Shown here: piece by piece, positions 1-7,179 of the stretch
Layout: each line of letters begins with the position of its first letter
Position numbering within the stretch: the stretch's first letter is position 1
Source of the DNA: Patescibacteria group bacterium
GTDB lineage: Bacteria > Patescibacteriota > UBA1384 > 2-12-FULL-50-11 > DASWYB01
Assembly (NCBI GenBank): GCA_041486955.1
Contig: JBGPML010000001.1
Location: 1 to 42,342 of the forward strand
Length of the DNA stretch: 42,342 nucleotides
Direction: 5' to 3'
Program-made: the position numbers and the translations under genes
Notes under the pieces: generated by a model
Database searches by the model: none
Seen by the model: only the letters and a program-made list of their open reading frames with translations
Told to the model about the DNA's origin: nothing

Positions 1-6
1 ATTTGC

Positions 7-35
7 TTGACAATAAGAGAGGGACAAGGTAAACT
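7..35 (+). promoter_or_regulatory. sigma70-like promoter candidate (TTGACA-17-TAAACT)
   Basis: TTGACA at 7-12, 17-nt spacer, TAAACT at 30-35. Read by eye only. Confidence 0.4.
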
Positions 36-153
36 GATACCTATAAGTTTGTGAATAACGAGGAGGATTTTACGTTACATTTATGTTCACAGATTAATCG
101 GGTAGGTGGCACAATTTAGCAGCTGCGATTTTTTTTTCAAGCCTGCGTATTAT

Positions 154-177
154 GCCGCCGAAATGGGCGGTTTTTTT
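154..177 (+). terminator. weak intrinsic terminator candidate
   Basis: CCGCC (155-159) pairs with GGCGG (166-170), 6-nt loop, followed by a T7 run (171-177). Confidence 0.4.
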
Positions 178-331
178 GTCCGGCCCGTCGGCAGGACAGT
201 TCTAAAGCCTGTTGCGAAGAAACACTCCTTAATTTACTACCTTTTCATTAGACCTTACGCAGGATTAAGAAAAGTTAGTAAGTCTGGCACTGCAGAGGCA
301 CTAACACGCTACTTAACAAGTAAATAGGGTA

Positions 332-356
332 ATATTCCGACGATGCGTCGGAATAT
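332..356 (+). other. perfect 11-bp hairpin in the region upstream of 23S
   Basis: ATATTCCGACG (332-342) and CGTCGGAATAT (346-356) are exact reverse complements with a 3-nt loop. No T-tract follows. Confidence 0.5.
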
Positions 357-440
357 ACAAATAATCAACAGTTCGACTGGCTCATTGAGTAGAGCAGAGT
401 CGAACAAAGAACCAAAAATGTAAGTATGAATGAGAACTGC

Positions 441-477
441 TTCCGAAATTTAATTCGGAAACAGAAATCTCTTGTAA
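441..477 (+). other. 5' arm of 23S rRNA processing stem
   Basis: The segment ...GGAAACAGAAATCTCTTGTAA is complementary to 3699-3722 (TTACAAGAGATTTTCTGTTTCC) with one bulge. This is the typical RNase III-type stem bracketing a 23S. Confidence 0.7.
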
Positions 478-694
478 ATTAAGAGTATGTGGTGGATGCC
501 TTGGCACATATTGCCGAAGAAGGACGTCGCAGCCTGCGATAAGCCTCGGGGAGCTGGCAAGCAAGCTTTGATCCGAGGATTTCCGAATAGGGAAACCTAG
601 TCCAGCGAAATGCTGGATTGCTCTACGTTAATCGTAGTAGCGGGCACCGGCTGAACTGAAACATCTTAGTAAGCCGAGGAAAAGAAAATAGTAA

Positions 695-727
<33 letters not shown>

Positions 728-971
728 AAGCCCAAACCTGCACCCGCAAGGGAGCAGGGGTTGTAGGGTACACTTGTCTTTAATGACAGTTGATTGTGGC
801 GTGTTAGCAGAACGAGCCTGGAAAGGCCGACCAGAGTGGGTGATAGTCCCGTATGCGAAAACACAACACACATCGGTGTATACCTGAGTACCACGAAACA
901 CGTGCAATTTCGTGGGAATCCGCGGTGATCATGCCGCAAGGCTAAATACAATATGTGACCGATAGTGAACG

Positions 972-1002
<31 letters not shown>

Positions 1003-1054
1003 GGAACGGGGAGTGAAATAGTACCTGAAACCGCATACTTACAAGGAGTCGGAG

Positions 1055-1354
1055 CCCAGCACCCTGTGTGCTATACTTGCGAATATGTTTTACGTATATA
1101 TTCTCAAGGGCTCGTCTAATCCGTTGTTCTATATTGGTTTTACCACCAATTTGAATCAGCGATTGGAGCAACATAATAATCATAGCAACCCTTCAACAAT
1201 AAAAAGTGAAAATTGGCAATTAGTTTATTTAGAAGGCTATCAATACGAAAATGTTGCTCGTAATCGAGAGCGAATGCTCAAGCATTATGGAAAGGCTTGG
1301 CAAGCAATTAAGAAACGGATTAGCGAGGTAGAAAATAGTATTTAGGGTGCTGGG
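1055..1354 (+). other. intervening sequence / insertion capping 23S helix 25
   Basis: CCCAGCACCC (1055-1064) and GGGTGCTGGG (1345-1354) form a perfect 10-bp stem around 280 nt. Flanks GGAGC... and ...TGACGGCGTGCCTTTTG match the E. coli helix-25 neighbourhood. Confidence 0.7.
1085..1345 (+). CDS. small stand-alone GIY-YIG (URI-domain) nuclease encoded inside the 23S insert
   Basis: 86 aa. FYVYILKGSSNPLFYIGFTTNLNQRLEQHN fits the GIY-(~10 aa)-YIG plus R/E/H core of the short GIY-YIG family (COG2827-like). No SD. The stop codon overlaps the closing stem. Confidence 0.75.
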   Translation: MFYVYILKGSSNPLFYIGFTTNLNQRLEQHNNHSNPSTIKSENWQLVYLEGYQYENVARNRERMLKHYGKAWQAIKKRISEVENSI

Positions 1355-1854
1355 TGACGGCGTGCCTTTTGAAGAATGAGCCAACGAGTTAGCTAGGCGT
1401 GGCAAGCTTAAGGATTTTTGTCCGGAGGCGGAGCGAAAGCGAGTCCTAACAGGGCGATTAAGTCGCGTCTACTAGACCCGAAACCGAGTGATCTACCCAT
1501 GGGCAGGGCGAAGCGCAGGTAAAACTGCGTGGAGGCCCGAACCTACTGATGTTGCAAAATCAGGGGATGACCTGTGGATAGCGGAGAAATTCTAATCGAA
1601 CTCGGAAATAGCTGGTTCTCCTCGAAATATATATAGGTATAGCCTCATGTTAGCGTCCGGGGGTAGAGCTCTGAATGCTTGTATTGGGAGCAATCTCGAT
1701 TGAGCAATCAAACTACGAATACCGGTAACGCGTTGCATGGGAGTCAGACTGTGGGGGCTAAGCTCCATGGTCGAAAGGGAAACAGCCCAGACCGTCAGAT
1801 AAGGTCCCTAAATTCTAGCTAAGTGGAAAAGGAAGTGATCGTGCATAGACAACT

Positions 1855-1890
<36 letters not shown>

Positions 1891-3059
1891 TGCGTAACAG
1901 CTCACTAGTCAATTGCAAGGTCGCGCCGAAAATTTAACGGGGCTCAAGCTAGGTACCGAAGCTACGGACCCCGCACCCTCATGGGTGCTGGGTGGTAGAG
2001 GAGCGTTCTGTGTTGGCTGAAGCCGTACTGTGAGGTATGGTGGACGACACAGAAGTGAGAATGTTGGCATGAGTAACGATAAGTGGGGTGAGAAACCCCA
2101 CCACCGCAAGTCCAAGGTTTCCTCCGCAACGGTAATCGGCGGGGGGTTAGTCGGTCCTAAGGCGCAAGTCGATGGACAGCAGGTTAATATTCCTGCACAA
2201 CGGTGCGACTACCCGTAAGTGACGCATTTCAAAGTTTTACAGCACCTATGGCTATGTGTTGTAAGGTGGAGAGGTGACAGGAAAAGCTTACGAGAGCCTA
2301 TCACAGAGACCAACTTGGTTTATGATAGCGAGTAAATTTTGAGCGAAAACAGCGAACGAGTGAGGAAGCATAGTATCTTCTATGGTGACGAACTCTGAGT
2401 AGTTTGCAGCCAAAATTTACCGCTGATCGTATCAAGGATGGTTTGTGTGATAGGCTCACAACTACGCATTGTTTCCGTACCGCAAACCAACTCAGGTGGA
2501 CGAGGCGAGAAGCCTCAGGTGTTCGAGATAACCTTCGTTAAGGAACTCGGCAAAAAAACGGGCGTACCTTAGGTATATGCCCTGACCACGTAAGTGGTCC
2601 GCAGCAAACGATTTTCAGGCGACTGTTTACCAAAAACTTAGGTCTCTGCTAATCTCTAATGAGATGTATAGGGGCTGATGCCTGCCCAGTGCTCGCAAGT
2701 TACGGAGAGAGTTGACTTTCGATTTTTAATCGGAGGAGGACTTGAACTTAAGCTCGAGTGAACGGCAGCGGTAACTATAACCGTTCTATGGTAGCGAAAT
2801 TCCTTGTCAGGTAAGTTCTGACCCGCACGAATGGCATAACGATCTGAAAACTGTCTCAACGAAGGACTCGGTGAAATTACAATACCGGTAAAGATGCCGG
2901 TTACCCGCAACAAGACGAAAAGACCCCGTGGAGCTTTACTACAGCTTGTCATTGGGTTTGAATTTAACATGTGTAGCGTACGAGGGAGCTTCGGCGCCAA
3001 TGAAACACCTCGCTTGGTAAATTTAAACTCTTATCTGGATTCCGGAGACAGTGGCTGGT

Positions 3060-3105
<46 letters not shown>

Positions 3106-3243
3106 TTCAAAGGTACACTAGATACGGACGGAAATCGTATCGATAGTGCAAACGCATAAGTGTGCTTGACTGTCAGGCTTACAAGCCGAGCAGGTACGAA
3201 AGTAGGAGTTAGTGAACCGTGTCCGAACGAATGAAAGTCGGAC

Positions 3244-3285
<42 letters not shown>

Positions 3286-3309
3286 GCGCCCAATAGACCA
3301 CTTAGACGG

Positions 3310-3349
<40 letters not shown>

Positions 3350-3384
3350 AGTGAAGAAGCTCCCAAGGGTTTGGCTGTTCGCCA

Positions 3385-3419
<35 letters not shown>

Positions 3420-3698
3420 CGAGACAGTTCGGTCTTCATCTGTTGTGGGCGTTGAAGCTTGAGAGGGTCTGTCCCTAGTATGAGAAGACCGGGATGGACG
3501 AACCTCTGGTGTGCCAGTTGTACTGCCAAGTGCATTGCTGGGTAGCTATGTTCGGTTGGGATAACCGCTGAAAGCATATAAGCGGGAAGCCCGCCTCAAG
3601 ATTAGGCTTCGTTATGAGGGTCCTGGAAGACCACCAGGTTGATAGGCACTAGGTGTACGTGTAGCAATACATTTAGCCGCGGTGTACTAATAACCCCA

Positions 3699-3735
3699 TT
3701 ACAAGAGATTTTCTGTTTCCGATTAAGTTCCGGAA
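3699..3735 (+). other. 3' arm of 23S rRNA processing stem
   Basis: Complementary to 441-477 (see the 5' arm feature). Confidence 0.7.
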
Positions 3736-3815
3736 ACAACATTTTTGGAACCGTATATTTACCCTATAATCATCATCATTTCGAGCGGGATCAGCTGAGA
3801 GAAAGGGGGATTCCA

Positions 3816-4019
3816 ATGGCCGAGACCGTTGGAGCGATTTTTTTTGGAGTAATTTATGCAATCTTTGTGATCTTTGCCTGGTTTATTGTCGCAGAACCAT
3901 TAAAAGAAATATTCAGACCACTCACAAGGTTTGCAGACCCTAGCTCGCTGAAATTTGTAATTTTACTACTTCTCACCGGACTAGGAATATTTCTTTATAT
4001 TCTTATTGACCCGCAGTAG
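3816..4019 (+). CDS. 2-TM miniprotein (67 aa) in the 23S-5S spacer
   Basis: Internal ATG of track ORF 3639-4019, preceded by GAGAAAGGGGGA 5-6 nt upstream. MAETVGAIFFGVIYAIFVIFAWFIV...FVILLLLTGLGIFLYILI gives two hydrophobic helices. The upstream part of the ORF overlaps the 23S 3' end and was discarded. Confidence 0.5.
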   Translation: MAETVGAIFFGVIYAIFVIFAWFIVAEPLKEIFRPLTRFADPSSLKFVILLLLTGLGIFLYILIDPQ

Positions 4020-4105
4020 TACCGCGGGTCTCGCTCGAAGTGATGATGAAATCGAATCTTAATTCTTCCAAGCAGGGAGTTTGACATGAAAGGGAGGAAA
4101 CGAAC

Positions 4106-4297
4106 ATGACACCGTGGGTTCCAGTAATTCTGCTCGTCTTCGTGATCGCTTTCCTAGTCTTTACGCTTATCAAAAATATGAGGGCGACAACAGGAGAAGA
4201 AACCGAACAGTTCACGGTCGTAATTCTCTGCTTCGTGGGAATTGCCGCATGCGGCTTCGCTATACGGTATTTCGCCACCCAACTGCTTTCCCGCTGA
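4106..4297 (+). CDS. 2-TM miniprotein (63 aa) in the 23S-5S spacer
   Basis: SD GAAAGGGAGGAAA about 6 nt before the ATG. Two hydrophobic helices (WVPVILLVFVIAFLVFTLI, VVILCFVGIAACGFAI). A small hairpin CCCGCT/AGCGGG lies at the stop. Confidence 0.55.
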   Translation: MTPWVPVILLVFVIAFLVFTLIKNMRATTGEETEQFTVVILCFVGIAACGFAIRYFATQLLSR

Positions 4298-4332
4298 TGT
4301 TTAGCGGGCCCTACTTAGAGGAATTAAGATGT

Positions 4333-4397
4333 GTCATCGCGAGCGGAAGCATGGCGAGCTTAACCAGATTGCTTCGTCGATTACTCCTCGCAATGAC
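4333..4397 (+). other. nested two-helix RNA structure 20 nt upstream of 5S
   Basis: GTCATCGCGAG (4333-4343) pairs with CTCGCAATGAC (4387-4397) with one mismatch. An inner helix GAAGCA (4346-4351) / TGCTTC (4370-4375) sits inside it. Confidence 0.45.
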
Positions 4398-4416
4398 AGA
4401 CTATATAGAAGACACC

Positions 4417-4536
4417 GTGTTGGTGCTTAGAGCGGTGGGGGTACACCCCTTCCCATTCCGAACAGGACCGTTAAGCCCACCAGCGTCGATGATACTTGAG
4501 GCGCAAGCCTCTGGGAAAGTAGACCAGCGCCAACAC
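4417..4536 (+). rRNA. rrf: 5S ribosomal RNA
   Basis: 120 nt. GTGTTGGTG...CGCCAACAC forms the terminal helix. Conserved CCCATTCCGAACAGGACCGTTAAGCC and GGGAAAGTAGACC blocks are present. Confidence 0.9.
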
Positions 4537-4620
4537 AGTGTCTTTTATTTTGCCAAAATATATCCTAGCATGAATGAGTCGTCCACATCCGAACAGTTTC
4601 GCGTGAGAAGGGGGGGAAGT

Positions 4621-5064
4621 ATGTGGTCAGTCACTATCGCCAACTTTGTCTTGGGCATTATTGGTATCATGTTTGCTCGGGGACTCCAGCGAACGTGGCA
4701 AAATGCCTATCCAATGATTGTGGGTAAGAAATCTCTCGTCCGTGTTGGTCAGGCAATTGCCGTGGCGGTCGGAATCAATTCGTTGGTCGTGATTGAAGAG
4801 GCTCTTTATATTATTTTCAAGGGGCCAAGTGTGGTATTTTCTCTATGGCTCATTCCTATTACCACTATAACGGCTTCCCTCGGCTTATTCAGCGTCAGTT
4901 ATCTAAGTTACTGTCGTGTAAAAAACGATCTTCCGTTCGATTACCCGAGATGGTCAATGTCATACTTTGGTGAAGAGCTGACAATGAAACTATTTTTGAG
5001 TTTCGGAGTTATTGCTCTTTTATCCTGTCTTGTAGGATATATCTGGATCTTCTGGCCCGCATAA
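4621..5064 (+). CDS. hypothetical 4-TM membrane protein (147 aa)
   Basis: C-terminal part of track ORF 4114-5064. ATG 4621 is preceded by GAAGGGGGGAAG. An alternative ATG is at 4570. The N-terminal part of the track ORF runs through the 5S gene and is rejected. Followed by a good terminator. Confidence 0.6.
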   Translation: MWSVTIANFVLGIIGIMFARGLQRTWQNAYPMIVGKKSLVRVGQAIAVAVGINSLVVIEEALYIIFKGPSVVFSLWLIPITTITASLGLFSVSYLSYCRVKNDLPFDYPRWSMSYFGEELTMKLFLSFGVIALLSCLVGYIWIFWPA

Positions 5065-5078
5065 AAGCGGGCCTTTTG
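5054..5078 (+). terminator. intrinsic terminator
   Basis: GGCCCGC (5054-5060) / GCGGGCC (5067-5073), loop ATAAAA, then TTTT. Confidence 0.75.
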
Positions 5079-5082
5079 CTGC

Positions 5083-5110
5083 TTGTAAACTCGGTGAAAG
5101 GTGCTATATT
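5083..5110 (+). promoter_or_regulatory. promoter candidate with extended -10 (TTGTAA-16-TGcTATATT)
   Basis: TTGTAA at 5083-5088, TG at 5102-5103, TATATT at 5105-5110. Confidence 0.55.
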
Positions 5111-5242
5111 TTAATCGTGGCAAGCAAAAGGCCTGAATAGGCGCTAGATAGCTAGAGGGAGTAGAGTCTGTAGATATCGCGGACTCAGAGCCTTAGAAAG
5201 GGGCCGACAAATATCCCATGTGGCAAGCCACACACAGTTTTC

Positions 5243-5270
5243 AGGCTCTCCAGTCTCGGAGGGCCTTTTC
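5243..5270 (+). terminator. terminator/attenuator hairpin inside the pyrH leader
   Basis: AGGCTCTCC (5243-5251) / GGAGGGCCT (5258-5266), 9 bp with one G-U, loop AGTCTC, then TTTT. It sits 32 nt before the pyrH ATG. Confidence 0.6.
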
Positions 5271-5301
5271 ATGTAAAAAATAGAAAGTATTATGGAGGCG
5301 A

Positions 5302-6012
5302 ATGAAGCAGAAGAAGAGAAGGGTATTGCTGAAATTGTCTGGTGAAGCACTACTCGGCGAACGAGAGTATGGTATAGATCCGAAAATGGCCGATCGCCTG
5401 GCGAAGGAATTAAAACATGTTTCGGAAGTTCATGCCGAGTTGGCGATTGTCGTTGGTGGAGGAAATATCTTTCGAGGTTATTCAGCCAGTATAAATGGTA
5501 TGGATCGTGCGACGGGCGATTATATGGGAATGATAGCTACCGTTATGAATGCTCTTGCGCTTCAAGATGCGCTAGAAAAAGAAGGTGTTGAAACACGAGT
5601 CATGTCGGCTATCAATATCCCCCAAGTTTGTGAACCGTATATCCGTCGTCGAGCCATCCGCCATTTAGAAAAAGGGCGAATTGTTATTTTTGCGGCTGGT
5701 ACTGGTGACCCTTACTTTACGACCGACACGGCAGCTGCGTTGCGAGCCTGCGAGATTCACGCCGAAGCCTTATTGAAAGCGACGAAAGTTGACGGAATCT
5801 ATGATGAAGATCCAAAAACCAATCCTCAGGCCGTTCGATTTGAAACGATTACCTTCCAGGAAGTCCTTGAACGTAATCTTAAGATCATGGATGCTTCGGC
5901 ATTAGCCCTCTGTCGTGATAATAATCTTCCCATCATTGTTTTTAATCTATTAGAGCCAGGCACTATTAAGCAGGTGATCACCGGCGAGAATGTGGGCACA
6001 ACTGTTAGGTAG
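5302..6012 (+). CDS. pyrH: UMP kinase
   Basis: 236 aa. [38 protein letters not shown] and [20 protein letters not shown] are typical PyrH blocks. SD is GGAGG. Confidence 0.95.
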   Translation: MKQKKRRVLLKLSGEALLGEREYGIDPKMADRLAKELKHVSEVHAELAIVVGGGNIFRGYSASINGMDRATGDYMGMIATVMNALALQDALEKEGVETRVMSAINIPQVCEPYIRRRAIRHLEKGRIVIFAAGTGDPYFTTDTAAALRACEIHAEALLKATKVDGIYDEDPKTNPQAVRFETITFQEVLERNLKIMDASALALCRDNNLPIIVFNLLEPGTIKQVITGENVGTTVR

Positions 6013-6015
6013 TAG

Positions 6016-6044
6016 GTCATTTCATGAATGACTGTCATTTTGAC
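6016..6044. repeat. GTCATT/AATGAC hairpin repeat right after the pyrH stop
   Basis: GTCATT (6016-6021) / AATGAC (6027-6032), followed by TGTCATTTTGAC. Same core as the repeats at 12.2, 19.4, 25.0 and 26.2 kb. Confidence 0.45.
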
Positions 6045-6112
6045 TAGACTGCCAAGATTTGTCATGCTATCTATCAAGCTTTGACTTATCATCACACAGG
6101 AAAGGGGCTGCG

Positions 6113-6292
6113 ATGATTTATCTCAGCATGATCATTTGCTTTGCCGGCTGGATCCTTCTGTATTTTGATTTTCCACTCTCGAAATCGAGAAGAAGGACTC
6201 TCGTAACGATATGTGCAATCGGACTCGTTCTGATCGGCATCTACTGGGGCAACCGAGCCTATGATTGGTATCAGTGGCACTTGCTTGAATGA
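6113..6292 (+). CDS. 2-TM miniprotein (59 aa)
   Basis: Internal ATG of track ORF 6059-6292, preceded by CAGGAAAGGGG. MIYLSMIICFAGWILLYF...LVTICAIGLVLIGIYW. Confidence 0.5.
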   Translation: MIYLSMIICFAGWILLYFDFPLSKSRRRTLVTICAIGLVLIGIYWGNRAYDWYQWHLLE

Positions 6293-6304
6293 GAGGAAAA
6301 AGCC

Positions 6305-6475
6305 GTGGCTATCACGATCATTTGCGGCTGTGTTGGGATGGCGGTTGTGGCGAAAACCCTGAATGTGAACAAAGAGTTCTTCAAGAGAGATCGGTCGGAA
6401 ATCGCTTCGGATTGCGCGTTGATTCTCGTCATCGTGATCTATGTCCTATTTTGCTTCTATGCTGCGCAAACGTAA
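6305..6475 (+). CDS. 2-TM miniprotein (56 aa, GTG start)
   Basis: Below the track length cutoff. GAGGAAAAAGCC precedes the GTG. Translation is VAITIICGCVGMAVVAKTLNVNKEFFKRDRSEIASDCALILVIVIYVLFCFYAAQT. A strong terminator overlaps the stop. Confidence 0.45.
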   Translation: MAITIICGCVGMAVVAKTLNVNKEFFKRDRSEIASDCALILVIVIYVLFCFYAAQT

Positions 6476-6495
6476 TGTGTTTGGGCAGCTTTTTT
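6461..6495 (+). terminator. intrinsic terminator
   Basis: GCTGCGCAAAC (6461-6471) / GTTTGGGCAGC (6479-6489), 11 bp with one mismatch, 7-nt loop, T6 at 6490-6495. Confidence 0.75.
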
Positions 6496-6496
6496 A

Positions 6497-6525
6497 TTGA
6501 AAAATATACCTATAGTTAGTAAACT
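6497..6525 (+). promoter_or_regulatory. promoter candidate (TTGAAA-17-TAAACT)
   Basis: TTGAAA at 6497-6502, 17-nt spacer, TAAACT at 6520-6525. The -10 hexamer is the same as in the promoter at 30-35. Confidence 0.5.
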
Positions 6526-6575
6526 AGCATCGTCTCAACATCTCACCGTGTGGCTCGGGAAAGCAGGGGAAAGTC

Positions 6576-6764
6576 GTGAGAAAAGATACCGCTTTCAACA
6601 TCGGCATTGGATTAATTCTGATCGTCGTCGTGGTAGTCTGCGTCTTAGTAATACCCGATATAGAGGAAGACGCAGAAACAGACAAAAGAAATCGCGATGA
6701 GACGATCCGCCACCACCGATCTCCAGTAAGAAGCCTTGCGGTGAAGCAAAATGGTAACAGATAG
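6576..6764 (+). CDS. 1-TM miniprotein with charged tail (62 aa, GTG start)
   Basis: AGGGGAAAG lies upstream of the GTG. FNIGIGLILIVVVVVCVLVI is the helix, followed by an acidic/basic tail. Confidence 0.45.
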   Translation: MRKDTAFNIGIGLILIVVVVVCVLVIPDIEEDAETDKRNRDETIRHHRSPVRSLAVKQNGNR

Positions 6765-6915
6765 CATCCCCTGGCTTTGGCTGGTCGTCGTTCTGGCTTG
6801 CATAGTCTGTATCTTTAAAAAGAGGCTGGAACTGCTGCCCGGCACTGGCTTATTAGGCGTAATCGCCGCGGCGTTTTTCTTTCTCTTCATCGCTTCTCTG
6901 GGGTTTGTGGACTAG
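6751..6915 (+). CDS. 2-TM miniprotein (54 aa)
   Basis: Below the track cutoff. ATG 6751 overlaps the previous ORF by 14 nt. Translation is MVTDSIPWLWLVVVLACIVCIFKKRLELLPGTGLLGVIAAAFFFLFIASLGFVD. A hairpin follows. Confidence 0.4.
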   Translation: MVTDSIPWLWLVVVLACIVCIFKKRLELLPGTGLLGVIAAAFFFLFIASLGFVD

Positions 6916-6930
6916 AGCAAACTCCCAACC

Positions 6931-6963
6931 AAAGCCGTCGGTCATGAGTTGATCGACGGCTTT
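6931..6963 (+). terminator. terminator-like hairpin
   Basis: AAAGCCGTCG (6931-6940) / CGACGGCTTT (6954-6963), perfect 10 bp, 13-nt loop. Confidence 0.55.
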
Positions 6964-6989
6964 CCATACGAGCAATTGCTCTGTAATAT
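6961..6989 (+). promoter_or_regulatory. weak promoter candidate (TTTCCA-17-TAATAT)
   Basis: TTTCCA at 6961-6966, TAATAT at 6984-6989. Confidence 0.3.
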
Positions 6990-7029
6990 TAATAGAGAAC
7001 CTATCATACTATTAAATTGGAGCAGTAAT

Positions 7030-7179
7030 ATGACAATTTTGTCTGTCCCAATGGGATTTCCTTCGGTCATAAATCATGAAAAATTGATCAACGTTCCGCC
7101 GGCTGGCGGATTGGCTACGTTTCCTCATTTGTTAATGAGTTTCAACCAAAATTGTGAACAAATTCCTTTCCAAAATTAA
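7030..7179 (+). CDS. upstream small ORF (49 aa), copy A of a conserved SD+peptide element
   Basis: GGAG lies 7 nt before ATG 7030. The N-terminus MTILSVPMGFPSVINHE is paralogous to the small ORF at 37559-37624 (minus strand). It ends 18 nt before the SD-less gene at 7198. Coding status is uncertain. Confidence 0.4.
   Translation: MTILSVPMGFPSVINHEKLINVPPAGGLATFPHLLMSFNQNCEQIPFQN

Noticed and set aside
106-327. 73-aa GTG-start ORF upstream of the 23S
   Set aside because: No SD, odd composition, and it runs across a T-rich terminator-like hairpin. More likely non-coding leader sequence.
1055-1354. Self-splicing group I or group II intron as the explanation for the 23S insertion
   Set aside because: Only ~20 nt of the 280-nt insert are non-coding, far too little for a ribozyme core. 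The insert caps a hairpin rather than interrupting a conserved single-stranded site. An IVS or expansion interpretation is preferred.
2215-2475. Possible second insertion or intron in 23S domain III (about 90 nt longer than E. coli between the GGTTAATATTCCTG and CCGTACC..CAGGTGG blocks)
   Set aside because: This is a naturally length-variable region (helices 58-63). The extra sequence is enclosed by a long-range helix (GAGCCTATCACA at 2293-2304 / TGTGATAGGCTC at 2447-2458) and carries no ORF. It is treated as an ordinary expansion.
4114-5064. 316-aa track ORF spanning the 23S-5S spacer, the 5S gene and the downstream membrane protein
   Set aside because: Its first ~150 codons run through the second miniprotein gene (in another frame) and straight through the 5S rRNA. 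Only the part from ATG 4621 (or 4570) has an SD and a coherent membrane-protein sequence.
5117-5242. PyrR-binding attenuator or a known riboswitch class in the pyrH leader
   Set aside because: No match by eye to the PyrR loop consensus (..UCCAGAGAGG..) or to the TPP, SAM, purine, preQ1, ZTP, fluoride or ykkC-type cores that I can recall. It is kept only as an unclassified leader candidate.
6289-6700. Track ORFs 6289-6519 and 6497-6700 (Cys/Arg-rich translations)
   Set aside because: Composition is not protein-like (RRRGSLRLSNTRYRGRRRNRQKK and similar). Alternative frames give SD-preceded hydrophobic miniproteins flanked by a terminator and promoter, which explain the region better.
6949-7029. 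Upstream part of track ORF 6949-7179
   Set aside because: The similarity to the second copy (37.6 kb) and the GGAG SD begin only at ~7014, so ATG 7030 is the supported start if the ORF is real at all.
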